From NCBI GenBank assembly GCA_012026655.1, contig JAAILG010002328.1:1-55561 (forward strand): DNA of 55,561 nucleotides, given 5' to 3'. The stretch comes from Hydrolagus affinis (taxonomy: Eukaryota). This document shows positions 48,201 through 55,561 of the stretch, piece after piece (position 1 is the stretch's first letter; each line of letters begins with the position of its first letter). The position numbers and the translations under genes are program-made. Below the pieces are notes generated by a model. That model saw only the letters and a list, made by a program, of their open reading frames with translations, did no database searches and had not been told where the DNA came from.

Positions 48201-50472
48201 AATACTGCTGTGCGTAATTGGCTGCCACATTTCCCCACAAATTATATAGTCAATTAATTTTACAGTATATTCCATGAAGTACTTTTGAGACATCTTAAAG
48301 AACTGATAAGGTGCTATATCAAATGCAAAGATTATTATTATATATTCCATAGGCACTATCTCCCTTAAGAGATAAATCACAGTTACTGTGTAGCTGACTT
48401 TGATTTTCAGTCAGTTTCTATACTGTAGTCAGCTCATCTCTGCCATGGGACTATCTCTGGTTAAAGAGTGATAAGGTTGGGGAGGGCTGGCATGCCTGAA
48501 CATAATTCAGTGATAAGATACAATTAAACTTGTTAAAACTTGGGGTTTGGTTGCATTGAAAGCAATTCAACTGGAAAAAAACAACTCACTTTGTTGATTT
48601 GTTGCATGTGAGGCTGAGTAACGGATGAGTTCATGCCTGTCTTACTGGCTGTCAATTTAACAGCAATGATGTTCCACCAGTATCGCTGTGGCTCTCCAAA
48701 CTGAAAACCTTTCATTCCTACTTTTAGCCACAAATGAGTCTTATTTTCCTCTTCCCCCAACCTGTTCTCAAAGAAAGAGGTTACAAATCTCTGCAAAGGA
48801 CTTGCTTAGATCGGAGTAAATTAAGCAATGGAATTAAGCAATAGCATTTGAGTGAGAATGATAATCACCTTCCTTCCTGAAAGTTTTGTGCTGGAAAAAA
48901 GTTAGCAACTATAATTTCATTGCAGACTTGACGATTTGTGAAGGAGGAGAAATTTCATCCGGTATTGAATTCTATCCTACTGTGGCTTTCTGTCCTCCCC
49001 ATTCCCTCTGCCATCCAGCTTCTCATGAAATTCCATTAATTGTTGCTCATTAATATGCCTGTAAACTAGGTCTGTGCAATCAGAGTATGTTAATTACATT
49101 TCCCATTCAGACTTTGAAAGGTTTCGGTCTAAATCAGATTTTGTTATTTAATTTGACGCATATTTGTTATTAACTCCATGAAGTACCATTTTATTTCTCT
49201 CTAATTTTGCTCTCCTGTACTCCCAGTCCAATGATGACTTATGCTCAGATATGGTTTCAGAACTCGCAATATCCAAGTACTTTGGCCAAGTGCCTTTTTG
49301 TAAGTCAGGAGAGTGAGGATTGTCTGGCTACACCAAGGGTTTACCTCAATATTACAAACATGGGTCCCTAGTTAATCGTTAGGAGTGTTTTTTCCCCTCT
49401 ATAAAGACATTTAACTAATAAAGGGCCCACATCAAGTGCAAATGGGAAAAAAAAATGAAAAACATTACCGAGCATATCTGTATACTTTAGAAAATAAAAT
49501 TTTAACTCCAATTTCTATGTAAAAAATTTTAGTTAATGCACCAGAAATGTACAGAAAGGAAAAACAGCAACATTTAGACTGATTTGAGTCAAAGCATCTC
49601 AATTTAATTACCAACCAGAAAATGAAATTATTTTTGATATGGTTATTAGTCACAAGAGATTCAGATGAACACCATTTGATCTTGTCGTTTGAGAATACTC
49701 ACCCTACTAACGATCTTCTCATTGCTCATTATCAAACTTTATTAAGTGAGTCCATTCTATTGGCCTCCAGTACAGTTTCTGGTCACCCAGTCCAGCTGTT
49801 AATAACCTTCTGTAAAGTAAATTACTTCCTGAAATCTGGCCTGTGCTTCCTTTTCACATCCCTGAACTTGTGCCTCCCTTGGTACTGTACTTGAAAGCCT
49901 CTGGGAATTGCCACCATATATTAACTGATGTTTTTCAGAAGTGTCGCAAATTACCTCTTGATAAATTCTAAGACTGATTTATTTAGCTGTCATTTACATG
50001 AACAGAAAAGCGAAACAATTCAATGACTACTGAGGAATATTTAATTATTCATTATTTTCAAATATCAGCAGTAAAAGTATTGCATTGTATCTTGTAAAAA
50101 GATTTTATTTAAAAAAAAACTTTTTATTAAATCTGTTTCCAATTGTAATTGCCTCTTTGACTGCTTTCCTATTTGGTTCTGCTCATGTCAAGGCTTTGTT
50201 CATCGCATGACCCAAGTTGGTATTGTTTGCAAAATCATTCCTAAATGTTTAATAATTATATTTGAAAATGATTTGATTTGCAGATATATTTATTGCGCAT
50301 TTGAACACTGGAGAGTAGCTAGATCTATTAATAACTGGATGGTCAGTACCTAGCCCCTCACTTTGTTAAAATCTGTTTTACAGAATACACTGAAAACATT
50401 GGAGATGGAAAGACTGATGAGTACAAAGAAGCTGAACAAAAAAGGATTCTGGATCTGCTTGAACATTTCTGA
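55..50472 (+). CDS. CTNNBL1: Beta-catenin-like protein 1, spliced CDS of exons 2-16 (exon 1 outside window)
   Basis: 15 exons join in frame (183+107+140+98+94+92+73+59+149+182+98+81+138+73+89=1656 nt). The translation follows vertebrate CTNNBL1 from PDRGAKRPR through [18 protein letters not shown] and [25 protein letters not shown] to [12 protein letters not shown]. Confidence 0.98.
442..499 (+). mobile_element. L2-type 3' tail
   Basis: TTGGGATGTCCTCCTGACGTGAAAGGCGCTATACAAATGTAATT(TGT)n; same tail as at 6797-6857. Confidence 0.7.
528..1083 (+). mobile_element. L2 LINE 3' fragment (decayed ORF2 C-terminus and tail)
   Basis: Broken frames read [45 protein letters not shown]; tail GCTATGTAAATGCAAG(TTG)n. 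Confidence 0.8.
1326..1553 (+). mobile_element. Degenerate Deu-SINE 3' half
   Basis: GACGTTAACGATTCCATGGCGCTATTTGAAAAG..CTGGCTAATAATCCC..TGGGATTTTGCTATGCAAA..TGTGAAGCACTTAGAGATG. Confidence 0.6.
1641..1850 (+). mobile_element. MITE, Tc1/mariner-pogo (Tigger-like) type, copy 1 (210 bp)
   Basis: TA|CAGTAAAAGCCTGTTTATCTGGCACC...GGTGCTAGATAAATGGGCTTTTACTG|TA: ~26-bp TIRs and TA target duplication. Confidence 0.9.
2721..2952. mobile_element. Palindromic Penelope-like-derived element with hammerhead-type centre
   Basis: Arms 2751-2849 and 2854-2952 are reverse complements (about 10 mismatches in 99); centre carries CTGACGA...GAAACGTT on the - strand. Confidence 0.75.
2818..2854 (-). ncRNA. Degenerate minimal type I hammerhead ribozyme motif
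   Basis: - strand GGUU-CUGACGA-A-GAGU(UGUAG)ACCC-GAAACGUU-GACU: both core boxes, stem I GGUU/GACU with wobbles, stem II with one mismatch, palindromic ACGU in place of stem III. Confidence 0.55.
3425..3489 (-). mobile_element. L2-type tail fragment
   Basis: AATAATCCTTACATTT..GTGCCTTTCACGTTGGGAGGACACCTCAAAGTGCTTCACA. Confidence 0.65.
3992..4033. repeat. Perfect 21-bp tandem duplication
   Basis: TTAAGTAGGTAATGAGGTATT twice. Confidence 0.9.
4450..4556 (+). CDS. CTNNBL1: CTNNBL1 exon 3
   Basis: tttcag|GCT; [35 protein letters not shown](K); AA|gtgcgg. Confidence 0.96.
4731..4788 (-). mobile_element. Short L2/SINE-type tail in intron 3
   Basis: (AAC)n ATTTATATAGCGCCTTCCACGCCGGACGGCGTCGCAGAGCGCTT; related sequence at ~14124-14187. 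Confidence 0.55.
4876..5015 (+). CDS. CTNNBL1: CTNNBL1 exon 4
   Basis: ttgcag|G; [46 protein letters not shown]; ends G|atatccttt (U12 donor). Confidence 0.96.
5016..5340 (+). other. CTNNBL1: U12-type AT-AC minor spliceosomal intron (intron 4, 325 nt)
   Basis: 5' site ATATCCTTT, branch site TCCTTAAT at 5325-5332, AC terminus at 5339-5340, no long pyrimidine tract. Splicing here restores T-D-V-S-I-A-V-V-D in frame. Confidence 0.96.
5341..5438 (+). CDS. CTNNBL1: CTNNBL1 exon 5
   Basis: ctac|AT; (D)[32 protein letters not shown]; TTG|gtgagt. Confidence 0.96.
5481..5691 (-). mobile_element. Same MITE, copy 2 (211 bp), opposite orientation to copy 1
   Basis: TA|CAGTAAAAGCCTGTTTATCCGG...GGATAAACTGGCTTTTACTG|TA; its reverse complement aligns with copy 1 (GATCAACCGTAACTTCCGTA..GCATCGCAAAAGAAA..GGTCCGCATTCGATTAAC). 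Confidence 0.9.
5850..6130 (+). mobile_element. L2 LINE ORF2 C-terminal fragment
   Basis: [33 protein letters not shown], the typical L2 ORF2 end. Confidence 0.85.
6465..6857 (+). mobile_element. L2 LINE 3' end with tail
   Basis: [38 protein letters not shown]; tail TCCTCCCGACGTGAAAGGC..TATAAATGTAATT. Confidence 0.85.
6890..7056. mobile_element. Centre-deleted copy of the palindromic element
   Basis: CAAAAACAG..GCTGGGAACACTCACCAGGTCAGGC..CATCTATGGAGA ... TCTCCATAGATGCTGCCTGA..CAGCAACTTCTGTTTTTG. Confidence 0.7.
8935..9150 (+). mobile_element. Degenerate Deu-SINE fragment
   Basis: GGAGATGCCATCCTTCAGATGAGATGTTAAACCAAGCCC..TACTATTGGAAAAGAG..TTCTCCTGACCAAC. Confidence 0.55.
9692..9961 (+). mobile_element. 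tRNA-Ala-headed SINE family, long form, 5'-truncated
   Basis: CTGTTTGTGGGATACTGCTGTG..AATTGGCTGC...TTCTGTGAAGCACTTTGAGAC...CAAATGCAAG(ATT)n. Confidence 0.85.
10605..10980 (+). mobile_element. Full-length SINE (short form) with internal inverted tail insertion
   Basis: A box TAGCTCAGTGG, B box GGTTCAATTCC, TGC anticodon-like arm, family body and (ATT)n tail; 10710-10792 is the reverse complement of the family tail. Confidence 0.9.
11195..11690 (+). mobile_element. Decayed CR1 LINE 3' fragment
   Basis: RLYLEYC...[11 protein letters not shown] resembles CR1 ORF2 RPHLEYC...KRRLRGDLIEV. Confidence 0.65.
12198..12291 (+). CDS. CTNNBL1: CTNNBL1 exon 6
   Basis: ttttag|CTG; [31 protein letters not shown]; G|gtaata. 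Confidence 0.97.
13915..14055 (-). mobile_element. CR1-type 3' tail
   Basis: TAGAAATTTACAGCACAAAAGGCCATT..GCTGGCTCTC..AGTCCCA..CTTTCCCCATACCCT. Confidence 0.6.
14617..14753. mobile_element. Centre-deleted copy of the palindromic element
   Basis: GAACACTCAGCAGGTCAGGCAGCATC...GACCTGAAAC...GATGCTGCTGAGTGTTC. Confidence 0.7.
15544..15635 (+). CDS. CTNNBL1: CTNNBL1 exon 7
   Basis: ccacag|CA; (A)[30 protein letters not shown]; AAG|gtagct. Confidence 0.97.
16315..16387 (+). CDS. CTNNBL1: CTNNBL1 exon 8
   Basis: aattag|GCC; [24 protein letters not shown]; G|gtaggt. Confidence 0.96.
17578..17705 (-). mobile_element. Decayed CR1 ORF2 fragment just upstream of exon 9
   Basis: Reverse frame [27 protein letters not shown] resembles CR1 APYYKKDIEKLERVQ..IPGMxxLSYEERL. 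Confidence 0.5.
17745..17803 (+). CDS. CTNNBL1: CTNNBL1 exon 9
   Basis: tttcag|CC; (A)[19 protein letters not shown]; TCA|gtgagt. Confidence 0.96.
18762..18940 (-). mobile_element. L2 3' fragment
   Basis: Reverse frame [15 protein letters not shown]; tail-like GAGGACGTGCCAAAGTGCT. Confidence 0.6.
19256..19567 (-). mobile_element. Full-length SINE (short form)
   Basis: (AAT)n tail at left, family body, GGAATCGAACCC (B box, reverse) and ACTCCAC start at right. Confidence 0.9.
19998..20055 (+). mobile_element. L2-type tail
   Basis: CAGCACCTTGGGACATCCTCCCAACGTGAAAGGCACTATACAAATGTAATT. Confidence 0.7.
22791..22900 (-). mobile_element. Degenerate SINE tail fragment
   Basis: AATAATCCTTGTATTT..CTCAAAGCACTTCACAGGA..TACTGTAAG. 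Confidence 0.55.
23015..23294 (+). mobile_element. Near full-length SINE (short form)
   Basis: TGGAGTCCT..AGTGGTTAGAGCA..GGGTTCAATTCC..AAACCTTGGGCAAG...TTCTGTGAAGCGCTTTGAGATGTC. Confidence 0.9.
24699..24936 (+). mobile_element. SINE (short form, head mostly lost) ending ~54 nt before exon 10
   Basis: AAACCTTGGCAAGTTTCCTT..TAATAATCCCT...GTGAAGCGCTTTGAGATGTC..CAAATGCAAGG(TTA)n. Confidence 0.88.
24991..25139 (+). CDS. CTNNBL1: CTNNBL1 exon 10
   Basis: ttctag|GTA; [49 protein letters not shown](R); AG|gtaagc. Confidence 0.97.
26560..26745 (-). mobile_element. Degenerate Deu-SINE fragment
   Basis: CCTTGC..TTTATCACATC..TCAAGGCACTTCACA...GGACACTGG..CTTTTCAAAT..ATCCTTAATATCCACCTGA. Confidence 0.5.
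27650..27831 (+). CDS. CTNNBL1: CTNNBL1 exon 11
   Basis: ttccag|A; [60 protein letters not shown]; G|gtaaac. Confidence 0.97.
27872..27998 (-). mobile_element. SINE body fragment starting ~40 nt after exon 11
   Basis: TGTCTCAAAGCGCTTCAC..TATACTGTAAAGTGAA..GGCAGCCAATTGCGCACA..GTCCCACAAACAG. Confidence 0.88.
28829..29010 (-). mobile_element. L2 3' fragment with tail
   Basis: CATTTGTATAGTGCCTTTCATGTCGGGAGGACATCC; reverse frame [21 protein letters not shown]. Confidence 0.75.
29348..29754 (-). mobile_element. Full-length older Deu-domain SINE (SacSINE1/AmnSINE1-like)
   Basis: Reverse strand reads tRNA-like head (TGGCTTAATGGTAGC..GTGGGTTCAAGCCC), then GGTGGATGTTAAAGATCCCATTGCACTATTTGAAAAGAG..GGTGTCCTGGCCAATATT (Deu-like, from recall), then an L2-type tail. 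Confidence 0.75.
30992..31148. repeat. Imperfect ~79-bp tandem duplication
   Basis: TCTTGGCATAGTAATGATCTGTGG identical at 30992 and 31071, each followed by ATGGTG..TACATATC..GGA(A)ATCCT. Confidence 0.8.
33170..33267 (+). CDS. CTNNBL1: CTNNBL1 exon 12
   Basis: ttgtag|AG; (E)[32 protein letters not shown]; AAG|gtaaag. Confidence 0.97.
33776..34001 (+). mobile_element. SINE, long form, 5'-truncated
   Basis: GTCGATTGGCGGATCACTTTTCTGGGGG..AATTGGTCACTTCAATCCACGACTGTTTGTGGGAC...CAAATGCAAG. Confidence 0.88.
34875..34955 (+). CDS. CTNNBL1: CTNNBL1 exon 13
   Basis: ccacag|GTC; [27 protein letters not shown]; CAT|gtaggc. Confidence 0.96.
36108..36652 (-). mobile_element. Longer (545 bp) member of the same MITE family
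   Basis: CAGTAAAAACCTGTTTATCCGGCACC...GGAAGTTACGGTTGATCGGGT..GGATAAACAGGCTTTTATTG|TA; extra internal sequence with imperfect repeats. Confidence 0.85.
37281..37418 (+). CDS. CTNNBL1: CTNNBL1 exon 14
   Basis: tttcag|GAC; [46 protein letters not shown]; CAG|gtaatt. Confidence 0.97.
37624..37739 (-). mobile_element. SINE tail fragment
   Basis: CCTTGCATGTGATATAGCGCTT..CACGTCTTCTAGATGTCTCAAAG..CTTCACAGAATATACTGTAAAG. Confidence 0.85.
39620..39795 (-). mobile_element. SINE 3' half
   Basis: (AAT)n, GCGCTTCACAGAATATACTG, GGCAGCCAATTGCGCACAGCAGTGTCCCACAAACAGTCGTGGATTGAA. Confidence 0.88.
40747..40819 (+). CDS. CTNNBL1: CTNNBL1 exon 15
   Basis: ttctag|ATT; [24 protein letters not shown]; G|gtaagt. 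Confidence 0.97.
41455..41621 (+). mobile_element. L2 3' fragment
   Basis: TCTTCAAAACTCACCTTGAGACATATTT (FKTHLETY) and TCCTCCCAACGTG..TATAAATGTAA. Confidence 0.6.
43910..44155 (+). mobile_element. Decayed CR1 3' end
   Basis: CACTATAGGACA..TTCTTCACACAAA..GAGAATGTGTAATAG..GAATTTAAG..GCCATGAATTAAT..TTGATGGGTCCAATGACT. Confidence 0.6.
44426..44540 (-). mobile_element. SINE tail fragment
   Basis: ATAATGATCCTTGCATTTGA...CACAGAATAC..AAGTGAATTGACT..TATTTTGTGGGC. Confidence 0.75.
45678..46010 (+). mobile_element. Full-length SINE (short form) with a 14-bp duplication in the head
   Basis: TGGCTTAGTGGTTAGAGC, CAAGCTGGG(G/A)AGA twice, GTTCGAATCC, family body, (ATT)n. Confidence 0.9.
46530..46688. mobile_element. 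Old degenerate copy of the palindromic element
   Basis: GATGCTGGAACTACACAACAGGTCAG..CATC...TTGATGAAG...AGATGCTGAGTGACTTG. Confidence 0.5.
47095..47243 (+). mobile_element. SINE 3' half
   Basis: CAATCCACGACTATTTGTGGGACGCTGCTGTG..AATTGGCTGCC...TGCAAGGATTAG. Confidence 0.8.
47962..48340 (+). mobile_element. Full-length SINE, long form
   Basis: tRNA-like head, CAAGTTTCCTT..CTCTGTTTACCTAGCAGTAA..GTCGATTGG..TTTCTGGGGGTAA, body, (ATT)n. Confidence 0.88.
49650..49885 (-). mobile_element. Decayed CR1 3' end
   Basis: GCCTCCAGTACAGTTTCTGG..TCCAG..ATAACCTTCTGTAAAG..TACTTCCTGAAATCT..CTGAACTTGTGCCTCC. Confidence 0.6.
50384..50472 (+). CDS. CTNNBL1: CTNNBL1 exon 16, last coding exon (stop TGA 50470-50472)
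   Basis: ttacag|AA; (E)[28 protein letters not shown]. Confidence 0.96.
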
Positions 50473-50692
50473 AAACAAATGCTATCAAAAACTGTAAATA
50501 CTGCACTGGAGAATTTTCAAGAAACTCCCAATGAAAAACTTTCAATTGTAGGTGGTCCTTTCCATTCCTTTCTAATCTCACCGAGCTGGGAGAAGCAAGT
50601 TAATTGGAATCCACTGCATCATGTATTTGAAAGGGTTACCTCATCTTCAGCAGGAACTGTAGTGTTCATGGAGATGCAGAACACTTAGCTCA

Positions 50693-50698
50693 ATTAAA
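50693..50698 (+). terminator. Candidate polyadenylation signal (ATTAAA) of CTNNBL1
   Basis: First A(A/T)TAAA-type hexamer I saw after the stop, with T/GT-rich tracts downstream (50724-50776). A second ATTAAA lies at 50850-50855. Confidence 0.5.
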
Positions 50699-50984
50699 TT
50701 TGCTACTCTTACAGCAGAGGATCTTTTACTTTTGTACCACAGTTGTCCTATCAAATCACATTTGTTTGGTTTTTTGAAAGAAAACCATTTTCCAATCGTT
50801 TCATCCTCAGTTTTATAATATGGTAGCGTCACATTGTACCAGAAGAGAAATTAAAAAGTTTAGAAACCTGTAGGTAAATTAGGTATGCGGTGTGCTAATT
50901 ATCAATGATAGATTATTATCGTATGGATAGAAAACTAAATTAATTCTTGTAACCTGTTCTTGATTGATCTGTTAAAAATTGACG

Positions 50985-51323
50985 TGTAGCTTACTGGTGA
51001 GAGCACTCAACTTACAGGCGAGAGGACCTTGGTTTGATTCCGAGGAAGGACGAAATGCTAGGCAAATTTGCTTATTCCACATGCCTCTGTATACTTAGCA
51101 GTAAGTAGGAACCCAGTTATTTGTTGATTAGTGTGTCACTTTTCCGGGGGTAATAATCCCTTAAAAAAGTGGATAATAAGAAGAATTTGATCATTCAATC
51201 CATAGTTGTTTGTGGGACTGTGTGTAATCGGCTGCCGTGTTTCACCCACAAAATATACAGTTAATTCACTTTGCAGTATATTCAGTGACGTCTATACTAA
51301 ATGTGAGGGTTATTATTATTATT
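50985..51323 (+). mobile_element. Full-length SINE, long form, downstream of the CTNNBL1 stop
   Basis: TGTAGCTTACTGGTGAGAGCACTC..TCCACATGCCTCTGTATACTTAGCAGTAAGTAGG..GGGGGTAATAATCCC..(TTA)n. Confidence 0.85.
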
Positions 51324-54300
51324 AAATGAATCCAGTTCTGGTAAAGTATTGTGAAACCCTTGTGATCTTAAAGGCGACTCCCACTCCTTCTTAAGCTTAA
51401 GCAAAAGGCATTCCAGTTGAATTTTCCACAGGTAGTGGGGGTTGAACAAAACCATTTTCCTGAAATTGAGAAAGGTGATAATTAGCACATCATGTTCCAC
51501 ATTTCCATCTTTCCTCTCTTCTCCCTCATATGTAGTTACTGCATTTTTCCTGGAACCCGCAAATTCCCAGTGTAGTTAAATAGATATGTTTGGTTTGCAT
51601 TGTTTTGTTTTATTTTAAGAAATATGATTTTGCTATGAAGGAACTTGACTTAAGAGAGAGCTGCGCTTCCTGTGCATCTGAACTCCCATTTTTAGTTCCG
51701 AAGTTCCAACCTGCGCTTCAGTGAAGTGCTTATTCCATTGTGAATGTAAATGTTGCTTTGTAGTCCTGTACCAAATGTACATTTTAAAGCTCAAATGTGT
51801 TTTGTTTTCCCATGCCAAAAAGGAATGGATAACTTTGTGTAATACTGAGTAGGTTTCTGTGTACTTCTTCCGAGCTTCCAAATTTCCACACAGCTTCCAC
51901 TTCGCAGATCACTAGCTCCGCAGTTGGCCTGTGAATGTTTTATATACGGAATACGCTTCCTGTTATGTAGCAACAGCTGAAGTTCAATTACTAAGAAGAT
52001 TACACAATAAGCATTAGACACCAGCCAACAAGAGCAGATGGGATTATGATTCCTGCTACAGTTATAAAGTCAGAACTGTGACCACACAGAATAGGAAGAC
52101 CGTTGTCCATAGCAGTGGAGAATTATAATTCATTTGAATTTCATGCCATAAGCTGCTGCTTCTCGCCTTTGCTGAACTAAATCGAGAACCTGTGAACAAA
52201 TCTCACCATTCCTGATCTGCATTTACATTTGAATGTTTGGACCGTGATGCCAAATTATTTAAGAAATATCAAAAGAAGTTCTATTTAAATGAGAAAATAG
52301 GTGAATGGGGCAACTGAAAAAAAAACTATGGAATCATATGGCTATGGCTATCCACGTGAAAATGCATAAATGTCAAGTGGGTGCTCCCATTATAAAAGAA
52401 AATGTTTGCGGGTTCCAATGTTATCAAAACCTTATTTTTCAGAAGCATACCTTCTGCTACCCATGAGTAGGAAGGCTAGAGAGATTATATTTCACAGCAG
52501 TATTTGGATTTGGAAAATAACAATTGCGTAATACCATAGTTTCAAATTTAAATGTAAAAATCCAAGCTGCACTCTTCCAATACTGCATTGGGAGTGTCAA
52601 CATAGACTTCCAAGTTCCAAGTCCTAACTCGCCATCTTCTGACTCAAGAGGCAAGATTGCTACCATCTGAGCCATGCTGATTGCATGGACCATCCACACA
52701 GCATACAACTGAGACTAGAGGCTACCAGATTCCTGGTCGGCAATAGGATTTAATGTAGGTAATTAACCAATGAAGAAAATGAGTCAATGAAAAATGAACT
52801 CTTGTAAACGTAACTGCTACTTACACTTTATGATGACAATGACTCCTCTTGTTGAATTATGTTATTAAACAATTTACAGCGGTTAAAAAAGATTACACTG
52901 AAGGGATTTTGCACAATTTCGAACCAAGGATGTGATTTAAAGCACAGGAGCTTTTGAACAACTTAAGTGAAAAGGCTGAGCAATGGCTGGTGCATTTCAT
53001 CATGGCTATATGCCAGGTTAAGCATATTTTGTTCACATTTTATCATTCTTGTATCAATGAATAAGAATCCACACCACAGCAAAGGCATGGGCATTCACTC
53101 TAAAAGGATAGTCAGTGAAATTGCTACCAAGCTAATCAAGTACTGGAATATATCTCCAGGACATTTGATTATAAATTAGGCTGGACCAATGTAACAACAA
53201 AACCCTATGCAAATTTTTTTTTTAGACGAAGCTAAAATACTTTTGTGTTAAAGAACCATCAGAATTAACCCTGCCACCAAGAAGGAAAAAGAATAAGTTT
53301 CTGCACCCTCTATCCCACCCTACAAACACAAGCATTTTCCCCCTTTCCTGCTTTCCTTCACCTCCTAAAATACAGGCTATCAATACCGTATGGTCTGATG
53401 TGCTTGTTCAAGTGGCATATTGAAACGGTATGCCGTTTGAAAACCGTCATGACAGGGATGTGAGGAGTGGGTGTCTTAATTGGCAAGCTGCTGTTTATCT
53501 TTCACTAATCTCTTTCGGCATCTCGTATCTGCAAACATCTGCCTCCGACATCAAGCAGAACTGCAGATTCGTCCTTGGCACTGACGTCTACTCTGACACC
53601 TCTCAATAGTCCGGCAGGTAAGAATGTGCATCACATGTCTTCCCCTCCTTGTGACAAAATGCTCATGTGAATTTTTTGCTTACTTTTACCAATGAAAAGT
53701 GGTCTGGTTTATTTCCATTTTTGGATGAGTTTGGGCATGAGAGGTGTTATACAAGGTGTGTTACATAAGAAAAATTATATTCATTTTCACCAATGTGGAT
53801 CTGATAAATCTTCTTTGTTTCATCCCAAAAAACCCATTCGCTGGGCCGTGGGTTCGTTTGTGTATTGTGCCATGGTTCAGTGTCCATAAATCACTTGAGT
53901 AATTGCCGACAAAATTTCACCTTTTTCTGTACAATGAACGCGAGTGTCGGTGATGCAAGGTAGTGGGTTTCCGCTTGTGTCATAGACACCTTGGTGACCT
54001 AAAGAAAATTTGAACTGAGGTTAGATTTGGTAAGAAACCTTTTGAGCATTGTGACATTTCACCACATGGATGATGAAGAAAGTTTGGAAAGATTTCAAAT
54101 GATTGCAATAAACTATGCAGCATTAGCTATAAGAGTCAAATATGTTTTCACTGGAAAATCGACCTGGGTGGTGGGAGGGGTGGGGGAGAGATACATTGTG
54201 TGGAAACTTGAATCAAGTTTTTAAAATTCTAAAGGTGCTAGATGTGAAGAAGCCTAGGAGAAGAGAACAAGGAGGTCACGATTAAAAGTTTACAAAGCCA

Positions 54301-55124
54301 CACTCCAAATGAAACTGCATGTGTGAATTATGAAAGGCTAGTTCCAAGGTTGTTGTGAGTGGACTGGGAACAAGAGTAAGATTTACTTGCTAGAAACCAG
54401 GGCAGAGTTTCCTGAGTTGCTAAGTATTGCCAGGAGACTGGGGAAAAAGAAATGAATCATCTTTTGCTAATCACGGGAGTTTTAGGTAAACCAGATGCAG
54501 AACTAACTACATGTTAGCTTTGTAATGGTAAATGGCGGCATATCGGTGGATTTATATTCTCTGCACATCAGTAATGCATCTCCCTTTTTAGTTTCCCTGT
54601 GATATCCGAGTTCCTATTCATAACAGCAATAACACGTCTGCTCTCGAGAAGTTTACCTGAAGGTCCTACAGATTGTGTGATGGGATTATGGCTCTGGGAA
54701 ATGCTGATGAGTGTTGTTTTAATTGTAGCATTATACTGGCTTAGAAAGATAATTAAAATACACATGACAAGACCAGACTTTTTTTTTCTTCATATGAACA
54801 TATGGTGTTGTGGAAAAAAAACACTTTCCCTGATAGCTTGTGATTTCCTCTTGAATAAGCGACAGGCTAGTGTACTTATATATAGGTGCACGCACAGTGA
54901 TTTGTAACAAATAGCAAGGTAGCTCAGTCCTAAAATGCTGTTCAGTTTCTTCTATGAGAGTATACCCAGGTTAATACGTAGCATTGGAGGTTGAATACTT
55001 TTAACTCACTACACCTCACACAGCTTTGACATTCCCTTCTCCCTGGGGGAAAACATTATTTTGCACCCAAATTACTTTGTTATTACCTCTACTGAACCAA
55101 GTAAGTATTATATACAGTAGATAG

Positions 55125-55215
55125 TTTGGGACATATGTGCATGTGACCGCTAGGAAGGTGGAAAGTGAACTAGATGGACCTTGGGTCCTTTTTAAAATAG
55201 CATTTCTTATGTTCT
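55125..55215 (+). mobile_element. CR1-type tail
   Basis: GAACTAGATGGACCTTGGGTCCTTTT..CATTTCTTATGTTCT. Confidence 0.5.
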
Positions 55216-55561
55216 AAATTCTTTAAATCTGGTTTGCAGCATTCCTGAAACTCTTCCCCTGCCTCCTCACTGATTTTGATATGATTTATAAGTTGCCATG
55301 GCAATATGGTCTTTAGAGGGAGGGATTTGTTTGGTTGTTATTGCTGTTAATTTGGAAAAACATAATCCAAATGCTGTGAAGTTTCCCAAGAAGTTGAGGG
55401 TCATAATTCATTTGTTTTATTGAAAAAAAACAATCAATTGAAATACGGGTCTCGTTCAGAAAACATAATCTCAGCCTTTTAAAGCCCTATCTGGGAACTG
55501 CATTTCTCTCAGATACAGTGCAGAATTGCTCTGTCTTGTTCTGTTTAGTGCACTAAGCTTA

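Noticed and set aside
51324-55561. Possible neighbouring gene downstream of CTNNBL1
   Set aside because: No ORF or exon with a recognisable protein on either strand; I cannot exclude short or non-coding exons.

Overview
AT-rich vertebrate genomic DNA, inferred from its repeats to be a cartilaginous fish, possibly a chimaera. The window holds coding exons 2-16 of CTNNBL1 (beta-catenin-like 1, Prp19/CDC5L spliceosome complex) on the + strand, 55-50472. The joined exons give 1656 nt, i.e. 551 codons plus TGA, with consistent phases. Exon 1 lies upstream of the window. Intron 4 (5016-5340) is a U12-type AT-AC minor-spliceosome intron. The introns contain about 15 copies of a tRNA-Ala-headed SINE with CORE-like, Deu-like and L2-type tail modules, in long and short forms. 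They also contain older Deu-SINEs, L2 and CR1 fragments, three TA-flanked CAGT...ACTG MITEs, and four palindromic Penelope-type elements, one with a minimal hammerhead-ribozyme core. The most unusual items are a SINE carrying an inverted copy of the family tail behind an intact Pol III promoter, the ~99-bp hammerhead-bearing palindrome, and inverted repeats bracketing exon blocks 3-5, 10-11 and 13-14. All repeat family names come from motif recognition, not database searches, and repeat boundaries are approximate. Most ORF-track entries are spurious or are exon/LINE fragments.
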